Origin: Balanoglossus misakiensis
Taxonomy: Eukaryota; Animalia; Hemichordata
Direction: 5' to 3'
Length of the DNA stretch: 64,000 nucleotides
Assembly (NCBI GenBank): GCA_040954595.2
Contig: CM082593.2
Span: forward strand, 7,166,043 to 7,230,042
Below the pieces are notes generated by a model. It was not told the DNA's origin. It saw nothing but the letters and a program-made list of their open reading frames with translations, and did not search any database. This document shows, one piece after another, positions 48,801 to 60,800 of the stretch (its first letter is position 1; each line of letters opens with the position of its first letter). A program made the translations under genes and the position numbers.

Positions 48801-51800
48801 CTTGTCTAAACCTTGTAGTGGGACGTTTTTTTTCGCATGAACACCCGAGTGAAGATCTGTGATTGGCTAGATCGCCAATTTCTATGGTTACTGTGAATAA
48901 ATTAGCACATATGACTTTGGCATGTATTAATTTGTATGTACCTCTATTATGTGACTTCAGTGTCTGCTCTGCATTAAGCACGGCAGTTGCCAACGGTAAC
49001 ATTCAATTCTGGAATAGGCTTGTTAAATATGTCTTTCTCTGTTCCACAGCTTGCCATTCTAGCTGTTCGTCCTGCGTCGCTACGGCCGATGGATCAGACA
49101 GTATATGCACGTCATGCAGTACTCCTAGTCACGTTGTCCTGGGCAGTGTGTGTGTGGAAGACTGTGGTCGAGGTTTCTACCAACATGGTGGAGTCTGTCA
49201 GGGTGAGTTTTCAAGCGATCCTTTTGTTTTAGAACCAACACACATACAGTACACCATATCTTCGATAATTTTTACTGAATTTTAATTTCTGTTTTTTTGC
49301 ATTGTAGTTTGTCATCAGTCGTGTGTTACATGCACCATTGGAGGATCCACTGGTTGCTCATCATGCCAACGCAATCAGGTCCTAGCGCACACTGGTTCTT
49401 GCACCAACAGCTGTTATGATGGTTTCTATAGCAACAATGGCGTATGCAGAGGTGAGGAAAAGGAACAAAATGTTTCTATATTATTGAAAAAAGAAGCAAT
49501 ACAAGCAAATTTCCTAGCAGAATACTGGTATCTGTTTTAGCATGCACTTCCCAGCAAATCTGCAAATTTTCTTTGACTTTTTGAGATGAAATTTTCAACT
49601 GCCTTTTCCCATTATGATGAAATCTACAATGCATTTGATATTTCTTCCAGCGTGTGCCGCCAACTGCATTCTATGCACCGGTCCACATGAGTGCAGCCAA
49701 TGTAGGATTCCGACAGACGCCATCCAATTTGGTGAATGCGTCAGTCAGTGTGCAGATCAGTTCTACGCAGACCCTATGACCAGGATCTGTCGAGGTAAGA
49801 CAAATTTTGCTGTTTTATCTCCTTCATATGTGAACTTGTGCCATGGTCACACTGGTAACAATTCGAAATGTTTCAGAGACACTATTTGTAAACTCAGAGA
49901 ATTAATCCTTTGATTCGCTTGTGTCCATGCACAGAAAGTTCACACATAGGCCGCTGAGGCTCGGCCCCATAGACAATGGGTTGCGGAGATGTGTTAATCC
50001 TTACACCGGCTCAGGTGTGCCTGGCAAAGCCGTCTCAAATCTGAGATGTTTCAGGACCACCATTCACAAATAATAATTTACGCCAGTATTTGACCTGTGG
50101 CCTGTGTGACCCCCATATTCAGGTATTGGTCACTTGATGGTTGGTTTCATGATATCCATCTCGACATCTGATGCTAACCCATTTATTTGTCTTCATCTGC
50201 AGAATGTGACTGGGTGTGCAATTCCTGCGTCGGTCCCACCTCGTTCGACTGCATCCAGTGTATGGATGAGATGATTCTACAGAACGGAACCTGCGTGGAT
50301 GCTTGTACTCCGGGATACTACCAAAAAGACCACCAGTGCCGAGGTAAAGATATAAGGTCTACTGTCATAGGTTACATCATTGATAACATGCACTTATGTG
50401 AAGGGAGTTGACCAATCAGAAATGACCTTGCAAAACCACAAAATATTACATTTTTGAATGTAACCTATAACACTGTGTCTGTATGAAGCAAGCACACAGC
50501 CTCACACACACACACTCACAAAAATATTCTACAAAATCTCACATAGTTACCACAAGCTTTTACTACCGGTAAACGTAGAACATCTAAATTTTGTTAAACT
50601 CAAAGGTATTACTTGTCTGCTTTGCCTACATGTATGTAAGGTTGAACGATATCTAACATGTCTTCTCACATTTGCAGTATGTGATAGCAAGTGCCTGGCC
50701 TGTGATGGTCCGATGAGTTGTACAGAGTGCTACCCGCCCCTGATGTTGCTTGACAACCAGTGCATAGAAGACTGTATGCCACAGATGGTAAAAGACTACG
50801 ACAGCAGAAAATGTATCGGTGAGTGAGCGTGTTAACCCTTTCACCCCTAGTTCCCTCTTTTGAGGTCCAACTTTACCATAGAAAACAATGGGTTTGGACT
50901 GAACCATTGTGGTGAACGGGTTAAACATGTTTGTTCTAGAATCTTTTTAGAGATCAAAAAATAACTTTCAGTGTTTTGGTTTATGAGGATGGATGGACCA
51001 TTCTGAAGGTGAAATCTTCAATAATTTGTTTTATCACTGAATTTTTGTATCCCTCAGCTTGTCCGGACCTGTGCATCGAGTGCTCTGGTCCCCTGAAATG
51101 TCTCAAGTGTTATGCGAATACGTTTCTGTGGAATGGTGTGTGTTTGGAGGACTGTGGACGGGGCTTTTATGCAAATTCTCAGACAGGAACTTGTGAAGGT
51201 AAATGTATTTGGCATTTAGAACACGTACCTATTAAAGGTATGCGGTCACCTATGGAAATTTAGCTACAGTTACCATGGTAAACTTGAGATCTAGCCAATC
51301 ACGGATTGTCAGTGGGTGGCACACGCGAAAAAAGAGCGCCACCATATGTTCTTTAGAACCCTTACATACGCCATTTCAGCCATATATTGGCGTATGTAAA
51401 TTGGCGGTGACTGTATACCTTTAAAGACACAGAGAGTTCGATAATGATTTGTGAATTTTTATCTCACAGTTGTCAAACAGTCACAGGATGATTTAGATAC
51501 AAATCGTTCCTATTGCACATTCCTTTGGCTCAGAATATTGTGCCAACAATGTCCATTTGTGTTTTTTTTTCTTCTCTCCAGTGAATGTCTATCCACCTGG
51601 TCTGTCAATCAACGGAACGATAACTGTCCCCATTGGTGGGTCGAAGGTACTTGATGCGTCTTTCCTGACGGCTTACGACCCCGACACCGCGTACTTGGAT
51701 CTCATCTTCTACATCGTGGAGCCTCCGAGCAACGGCGACCTGCTGAAGAACTCGCAGGGAAGAGACGACAAACTCCGGCAGGGCGACACGTTCAAGTACG

Positions 51801-54800
51801 ACGAGCTGATCCACGGCAACATCCGCTTCGCGCACGACGACCTCCTCCCCTTAAAGGGCACCGTCAGCCTGAAGGTGAACGACCGGCAGTACGACTCACT
51901 GACGCAGATCGTCGACATCATCGCCGTGTCCGACTCGGCGCCCCAGCTGCTGCACAATGTGCCGTTGGTCGTCGCAGAGGGCGGATCCGGCGAGATCAAC
52001 ACCTTCAACCTGGCCATCTTCGACGCCGATAATCCCGAGTCGCTGGTCCTCTCGGTGATCGGGGGCCCGATGCACGGGGAGTTGGCGAAACTGCCGAGGA
52101 TGGCGCCCGTCTATTCCTTCACCATGGAAGACCTTCACATGGGGACTTTGCGGTACACGCACGATGGTAGTGAAACGGGGCACGACGTGATCCTGATGCA
52201 GGCGTCCGATGGTCACAACGTCATCAATATCATGTTTGATATCAGAATCCTGCCTCAGGTCAGTATAAATCACCATGTGAAAGGTCAATATAGATGTGAT
52301 TATTGCCCCTTTAATTCTCAGTTCTTCCAAAGGAAAGCTTTAAATTCAGATACATGTCAGCTTTGTAGATGCTAAAAAAAATAAGGCTGTTATAGTTCAT
52401 CTCAGAAACGGTTATACACAAGTGTAAAAATGCTGAACTGGTTGTCTATGTTATCGCTGGCCGACATTTTGATCACCAGTGTCAATACAATAGATATAAG
52501 CATCAAACAGTTTGTTCTGTTCACAAAACAATCTAAAAGTTGACCGATTGTGATTCCAATTTCCCATTTGCAGGATAACCATGGTCCAGTCCTGGTGAAC
52601 AACATCCAGGCGCGTGTTGAAGATGGCGGAATGATCCCAGTCACTAGCAGTCTACTGTCGGCGACGGACCTCGACACACCTGATGAAGAGCTCAACTATA
52701 AACTCACCCCGCCTATCAATAATCCAAAACATGGTAAGATTTAGTTGTGGTTGTATTTATATTTTGACTGCATTCATAGACGAAACATGAATAAAAAAAT
52801 TGCAATAAAAAATAAAAGAAACTTGTGATCGACCTACTCCATTCTTGACAATTTTTTTATCGGAATCAGTTATTTTTCATGACCTAATCTTATTCTTGCT
52901 CTGAATTACCAACCACATGCACTATTTTATGTCAGTTTTGTTTGAAATATCGGTAGGGACAGCTGTCTGAGTAGAAAATGTCATTTTACAGGTTCCATGT
53001 GTGTGTTTCATGGCTTGTTTATAAATATGATATCATTATAATGTCAGGTTTTTAACCCATGTCCTTGTTTTTCACCCTAAGGTTCTTTAATGATGGTGTT
53101 ACCGATTCCTTCGTCTGGCGTGTACGACGGTTGGCAGGACAAAGGAAATGGACTCATGGAAAGCACTGTGGCACAGTTCCGGCAGCGTGACCTAGATGAG
53201 GGACATATTTGGTATCAGCATAACAGTGAAGAAGTCGAGAATGATTATTTCATGTTTGAGGTTTGTTTCTGTTCTTGTAAAGCTCTAATTCAAATGAAAA
53301 TAGCATAATTGTTCAAATAGTGTCGGACCCATACATGTACATGTAGCTCTCTTGCAAGACGTTCTATGATTGGTTAATTCCTCTACATTTATTTGTAATG
53401 CACCAATCTGTGAATTTGTTTTAAACTGGATTTTTTCTTCTCACACAGTGCGACCCACCCTGGAAGTATTTCTGGAAACTTCTGTAGTAACCTGGAATTG
53501 AGTTTGAGAAATTTTTCTATTTTTGCCAAAAATGTGAAAATGTTTCCTGAACCTGTTTGTGTTCTTTATTTTTCTCTCTCTGTAGGTTACGGACAGTGCT
53601 GAGCCACCCAATATTCTTAGTGACCAAGCCTTCAACATCGCTGTTCTGTCCAGGGACGACGAACCTCCAAAACTGGCAGCAGGGGTGCCATTACCACTTG
53701 GAGCCACTGTGAGTATACCATGCTGTTGAATTTTAACAACTTCCTCCCCATATTAAAAAATTGTAATATTATAAAGATCTATGTGTAGGTACATGTATAA
53801 GTAGTATCTAAATTTAAAAAGAAATGTCAGTTTACTGTTTTTAAAGAAATAAATACAAGTAACCCTGAAAAAAGTGAATTTTTTACGAGCTGCTGAATCA
53901 GGAGAATTTCTGAACATTCGTTTTCATTTTGCTGATCCAGGTATTTGAGGGTGAAGTTATTCCACTGGGACATAGCCACCTAGCATTCTACGACCCAGAC
54001 AGTTCTGATTCCGATTTGATGTACAACATCACGCAGCCACTAAGGCCTAACCAAGGCACGATCGAACATGTTGACAGGCCATACACCCCTGTGAAATATT
54101 TCACGCAAGCTGACGTGAACGCGCAGAGGATCGTGTACAGGCCCCCGCCGTTTGATGAGAACCTGGAGAGGGGAGATTTCACTTTCTATTTCTCTGGTAA
54201 GTCCGACGCCCCTCTCAAAGCAGTGGTTTCGCCACTTTAGTTGTTATGTGTGCTGTTGTCTTGAATGGAGGGAGTTGGATTTCTCCATTACAAAGTAGGG
54301 GTGGGTAGACAGTTACACAGTGACGAGTGTTACCCTCATGGCTATTTGATAAAGGTGTTTAATCTTACCTTGACAACCATGGAACACTTCGCGGATAGAA
54401 TAACGAAGGGGGTTGTGGGACAGTTTGCGTTCTGATCGCGTACGTTAGCCATGTACTAGACGCTATGTTGAACCCAAATTGCAATGTATACCATCATGCA
54501 TTGCAGATACCCTATCTGCGATGTGGTCTATGCAGCCACTTGTGGCATATTTATGTCTTTGCGACAAGTTTAATTTGTCTTGATTTTGATGATATCGTCA
54601 CTAATCTGAGGAATGTATTTAATTTTTTCTAAAACCCTAGTTTCTGATGGCGCTGGTAATGAGATACCTTCCCAGCCGTTCACAATACGACTCCTACCCA
54701 CCAACACCGCTCCCCCAGCCTTCATCAACAAGACGCCACTGATCACCGTCAGTCAAGGTGGAACGGCGCCGATCGACGCAGAGCAGCTCGTTGTCACGGA

Positions 54801-57800
54801 CACCGACACCAAAACCTCGGATTTGATCTACACGCTGTCCACTGCGCCGTTCCGGGGAAGTTTCATCAAAAGCGAAGGAAGCACTCGGGTTATTCTGCGG
54901 ACTGGTATGTTCTTGTGTCTTTGTCGTGAATGGAGATATCGTTATACATGTAGCTGGCTCTGCCATAGTTCTCTCATTGTTCAAAGCCAGGAAAAATAAT
55001 TCATGCAACCAAATGACATATGATTGCCCTGAGACTGTCATAAAACTTGTGTGACTCAAAGAAACTTGTTGGGTTCTGTAGAGATATCTGAATCATGGGG
55101 GTATTGCATTTTAACCTGTGATCTTTGAGTAGACAACGGCTGGAACTGTGTGTTTCTGATTTCACACGGTGTAAATCTGAAAATCTGGAAAGTTTTGTTG
55201 ATTTGTTGATGTCAAGTTTGTAAAAAATTGGTCTCTTTTCTGATTTGTTCCAGGCGATTCCTTTACAAACGGTGAAGTTGTCGGAAACACTTTCTTTTAC
55301 GTTCACGACGGTTCAAAGCATCTGGAAGACGTCTTCGAAATCACCGTCAGCGACGGAGTTCACATGGACACAGCCTCCATCACCATGGTGGTGTTGCCCG
55401 TCGACCAGAGTGCTCCCACCCTGGATACCGACTCCCTGCTCTCGCTGCTCGTACCGGAACGTTCCGCGGCAACCGTCACCAAGGAGCATCTTTCGTTCTA
55501 TGATGACGAAAGCGCAGCCGATGACATCATTCTGACGTTGCTGTCGACGCCGCGACACGGTCGACTGCAGCGAAGGATGGGGCTGAACTCCTATGATGAT
55601 TTGCAGACGGGATCGGCCATTTTGCAACAAGATATTGATCATTATAGTGTTAGGTAAGACTGGATGAAGGCAACAAGCTGAATGTAAGGGTTTTGTGTTT
55701 ACCTATATTATTGGACTCTTAAGGATTCATTCTCTGAAATAATCAAGTGAATATTGCACTGTACAAGTCTCTGTCACCAATATCGTCTGTCACCGACTGA
55801 AATTTGTTTTTCCATACAGATATCAGAGTGAGGGCGAGATTGGCAATCAGCCAATCACAGACCGGATCACCTTCAACGTCAGCGACGGTAACGGTAACAT
55901 TCTGCCCAATCAAGTTCTGAGCGTGACAGTCACACCTGTCAACAACCAACCACCTGTTGTCACAGTGGGGCAAGGAGTAGTGGTGAGAAACTCGACATTA
56001 TCATTTCTGGTAGCATGAGAATTTTAGACTGGTGTTCTGTATTGTCTCTTGAAGCGTCTTGTCCAATTGGTTGCAGTGAGCTACATACTGTAAAACGGGA
56101 AATAAATTTTCGCAAAATATGTGAGAGCCAAAAAAAACGTGAATATAAAAAGTCGCGTAAAATGTTTTTCGGAGATAACGATGCAGTTAGTGAAATACGA
56201 AAACGCGATAATTAATCCTCGCGTAATAGTTGCCACTTTTGAAATCGTGAAAATTTCCTGTGGTGAAAATAACCCGTTTTAAAGTAGTTCATCCTACTTA
56301 ATCTAATTCTGTTGTCAGGTCAACGAAGGAGGCACAGTGACGCTGACCGTCCAGGACCTCATAGCCTCAGATATCGACACTCCACTGAACGAACTCGCTG
56401 TCATCATGGATACAGCTCCCAGTTTTGGACACTTGGAAAGCACCAGACAATGTATGTATTGTTGAGTTTTCGAAGAAGTTACTCAGGTTTTTAGAGTACA
56501 TGTATTGGGCAATTTTATAACCAGAGATGACAGTATTGGTCGATCTGACTGTTCAAATTCCAGTGTACACCTTATCATCATGCCATGTGTGCAAATGCTG
56601 TGTACAGGTAGGAACGTAAAGTTTTAAATCCAAACTTTTATGAATTCAGTGTATGGTTCCGAGTACGTTGCAAGCGGGGTGCCGCAGCATGTGTTCAGCA
56701 TTCAAGACATCATCGATAACGTCATCCAGTACGTGCAGGACATCCATCAAAACATGGAGCCAGTCTCCGACGGCTTTCTCTTCCATATCTCAGACGGCAT
56801 CAACCAGTCACCGACGTACAGGTTCAATATTAGCATCCAGGTGGGTGTAGGGCCTTTGAAGACTATGTTTATTATCACAGCAATCAACTTTTGTGATTAT
56901 CTCATGTTTCATTTTATTTCTGTCCTCGCTTGCATATGTATGTCTTGCAAAAATGTTCACATACTCCAACATTTGCCAGTTTACCAAACCATACAAATGA
57001 ACTGTACCACTGAGTACCACTGCAAGAGTTTTTGCATACACTTGTGTTGGAAATTCCTGAATCGGCCATTTTCTTGCAGCAAAATGTTGCACAGGAAAAA
57101 TGTTTAACTTAAATCATGAAAATGGCTAAGTAATCACCTTTCTTGCACGTATTATATAAAAGCCAAAAAGCGAAGCATATTTTGATTCACCAGGACTCTG
57201 GTTTATGATCTTGATCTTCTTCACATGAAAATAATGATTATTTTATCGACAGCTCGTTAATGATGAAGCCCCATTGATTGTCAAAGAGCAGCTGTACTGC
57301 AGCGAAGGAGAGGCTGCGGTCATCACAAACGTGACGCTGTACGTGTCCGACCTTGACACCAGCGAAGAAGACTTGCTGTTCACACTGAACAAACCACCAG
57401 ATCATGGTCAGATACGCAGACGGGATTTCATTGAGGATTCACTGTACAATGGACGCCTTTTGGGACCTGGTTCGTCCTTCACATATCAGGTAAAATAAAT
57501 GTGTAGGTTTTGAAATGTTTCATGATATGATGGACTCTGTGTCATCAAAATAACAGAGTATCAAAAATGACAAAATTTTGTAGTTAATTGACACTCCAGG
57601 TTTAATATGAAATACTCCTCTAACTTAATATCTACCAGCTTGACTAGTACTTGATGCACAAACTCTGAAAGACAGATTTTTCATAAGATTTAAGTGTGAA
57701 AAGTGACAATCCCACCAACCCACGAGTTCTTTTAATGGAATGTTTCACCATTAAAATCAATTGGGATATCCCATCATTTGGAAATTTATGGGGTCATTAT

Positions 57801-60800
57801 TGAAAGTATAACATCTGTATTGGTGTGTAACTTACAAAATTATTGACATGTTTCACTACAGGATATTTTAGAAGAGTTGATCGGTTACATCCAGGATGAC
57901 AGCGACAGCCAATCAGATGCGTTTTCTGTGACGCTGACAGATGGCGCCCATGTGACCGGAGATACAATCAATGTTGTGATTGGCCTGATCAGCGATGAGA
58001 CTCCCAGGCTGACCATTAATAGAGGACTTCAAATCAGACTGGGTAAGTGATTTTTGCGTTGAGTTGTCATTGACTCCAAAATGTCTATCATTGTTATGGT
58101 GTTAAGAGTGAGAATTCCTGATTTGGGCAGTCTTGTGTTGGATTTGTCATTGTTTAAAAGTGAAGTTAGGTATTTAAATCAAAGTTGCTTACTGATATTT
58201 TCATTGGTCTAATCATTCTTGTGATTCGCTTTGTCTCTGATAGAATGTAAGATATATAAAAGAGAGTTGACGATTAAAAACAGTGATGCAGTTGTAACAA
58301 TGCAGTCTGAGTGTGAAATATTAAAACCAATGGAAGATAATTATGTAAAATAAGGTTTGTGGATGACCATGCATGTCCATTGTCACGATTGTGGCATGAC
58401 ATTGACCTTGACATTGGATTGACATTCCAGGGACAGTGACGACGATCACGCAAGACCTCCTGAGAGCGACCGATGTGGACTCGGACAACAGCCAGCTGAT
58501 GTTCACCATGACGAGGGCACCGGACATCGGAGAGATTCAACTCCTGGAGAAACCCGGCTTCATTCCGGTGACGGTCGACGGACCGGCAAACAGCTGGACG
58601 CAGGACGATATTGACAATGGTACTGATCCATCCTTCCTGGGTTGATTTTGTTAAGGATGGGGGAGATTGAGACATGAGTTGGGGAAACCTTGGTAACGCT
58701 CCAGCTGCCCACTATAAATATGACTACATGAAGGGGAACCCAAAATGACTAGAGAACTATGGTAACATTTATCAGGGTACTATCCTTAACAAAATCGCTT
58801 GCTTTTATCGGCCAAGTTTTCAAGGGTTGCAAGATGTTCATATACATGCATCACGATGCATGTGTTGTGAGATATTTTATGGTAATGGTTTTCTTGTTTT
58901 ACAGAACGTGTACGTTACGTTCATGAAGAATCCGACCCTGCTGGGACAGTGTTGTTGAAATTTACAATCACAGACCCAGAACAGAATCAGTTGATTGATC
59001 AGTCTTTTATAATTACTATCCTAGGTAAGTGTGCCATTATTGTTCTAACATGTACCGTATAAACATGCTTGAATTGTATTCTATGTGTACAGTACATGTG
59101 TGTGTAACCTGGTACACATATGTCTGCTGCACCAGAACACCGAGAATAAATAGACATTGGCTGTTGGATGGAAGAAAATGACAACACTAGTTCCTTTAGG
59201 TGCAAGGAATTCCAGAGGTAGAGAGGGAGAGAGAGAGTAATACCACATTGTTTGTCACTGTAATAATTTTTCATCATCTTCATGTACTGTTGTGATAATA
59301 GAACCCATGGCATACTTTAATTTTCCTGTTTCTCTGTCTGTGTATTTTGTTTTGTTTGCAGAGGACCATATACCTCCCCGAATGTTGTCCAACAGTGGTT
59401 TAGTCTTGAATGAAGGGAGCAGTAAGAGACTTACTACACAAGTGTTGTCTGCCACCGATGCAGACAGCGACCCTGCAGACTTGCAGTACTACATCAGTGC
59501 TGTGCCAACTTTGGGATATTTGGAAGATATAACACAGGTAGAAGAACTCAGCCTATTTTCAGGTTGATTACTGTAAAACGGGTTATTTTCGCGACAGGAA
59601 ATTTTCGCAATATCAAATGAGGCAACTGTTATGCAAGGATTAATTTTCGCGTTCTCTTATTTTTACTGGATAGTATCTCCGAAAAACATTTTACGTGACT
59701 TTTTATTTTGACGGTTGTTTGGCTCTCGCGTATTTCGCGAAAATTTATTGCTTGCGAAAATGACCTGTTTTACAGTATCTGTAGATATTAAGAGGGAGGG
59801 TCGTCCGAACTGCACATGATCAACTTATCTGTTTATAAACACACCATCAGCCATTGTTCGCACAGTTCAGGAAGACCTGCCAATCAGTAATACATGTGAT
59901 TATAGAACAACACTTTCACTCTTTTTCATCAACATTTCATTTTCTGTACACGTAGCCTGGAGTACCCATAATCCACTTCACACAGTCCGATCTCGCTGCA
60001 AAGACGATACAATACGTCCACACCAGTGCAGAGGAAGTCTACATGGACACGTTTACGTTTAGCGTTGATGATGGATCCAACCAGGTAAGCCTTGGTTTTT
60101 CCACTTTGTTCACACAGTTGCTGCAGTATCCCTAATGCTACTTGGTGTCATACCTGTTCAGAGTGTCAAGTCCCTTAAAATATTTATTTGCCATTTTTTC
60201 TTCTGAAACGTATTTTGACTGTCTTGGCAAGGCTCTCATACGTACTTAGACACACTTGGCAGTTTGAACCCCCCGAAAAATGTACCAAATAATACTGGTT
60301 TGGATGGGGGATCTTGTATAGGCCCTACTGACTTACACACATTTGGCAGTCTAACAGACCTGGGAGCCTGGATTCTAGGAACCCTGGAAATCAAACCAGT
60401 TTTAATGACTTGGCAGCGTTAGGGTTAAACAATGTTCTGTGTCTCTTCTGTCTCCAGATCACCCAGACGTTCTACATCACTATAGTTCCGGTGGATGATT
60501 CCGTGCCGCAGTTGACGAACGCCGGCATGACCGTGCAGGAAGGAGTCCGGAAGACCATCACAGAGTTTGAACTCAAAGCAACTGACGCCGACACCAAGGT
60601 ACATGTACAGTACAGTAAAATATGTCTAAACTGAATCCTGTCTTATCTGGAAACCTGTCTATACAGAACAGCCTTTCACATAGAACCACAAGTTAAAAGA
60701 ACCTCTATAAACTGGACACCTCTGCAAACCGAACAATTTCTACCATCCCTTTGGTGTCTGGTTTAACTGGTTTTACTGTGTACAGTGAACCTGTCATTAA

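Noticed and set aside
51605-52330. Antisense ORFs over the long CSPG exon (also 54694-55059 and 55313-55642)
   Set aside because: Shadow ORFs caused by the GC3-rich codon usage of FRAS1.
54245-54560. GC-richer intronic block, possibly a SINE or structured RNA
   Set aside because: No clear A/B boxes, TIRs, TSDs or second copy in the window; cannot be classified without a database search.
55027-55054. Sequence loosely resembling miR-125 (ccctgagac...aacttgtg)
   Set aside because: Internal insertion relative to the mature miRNA, and no evident hairpin partner.
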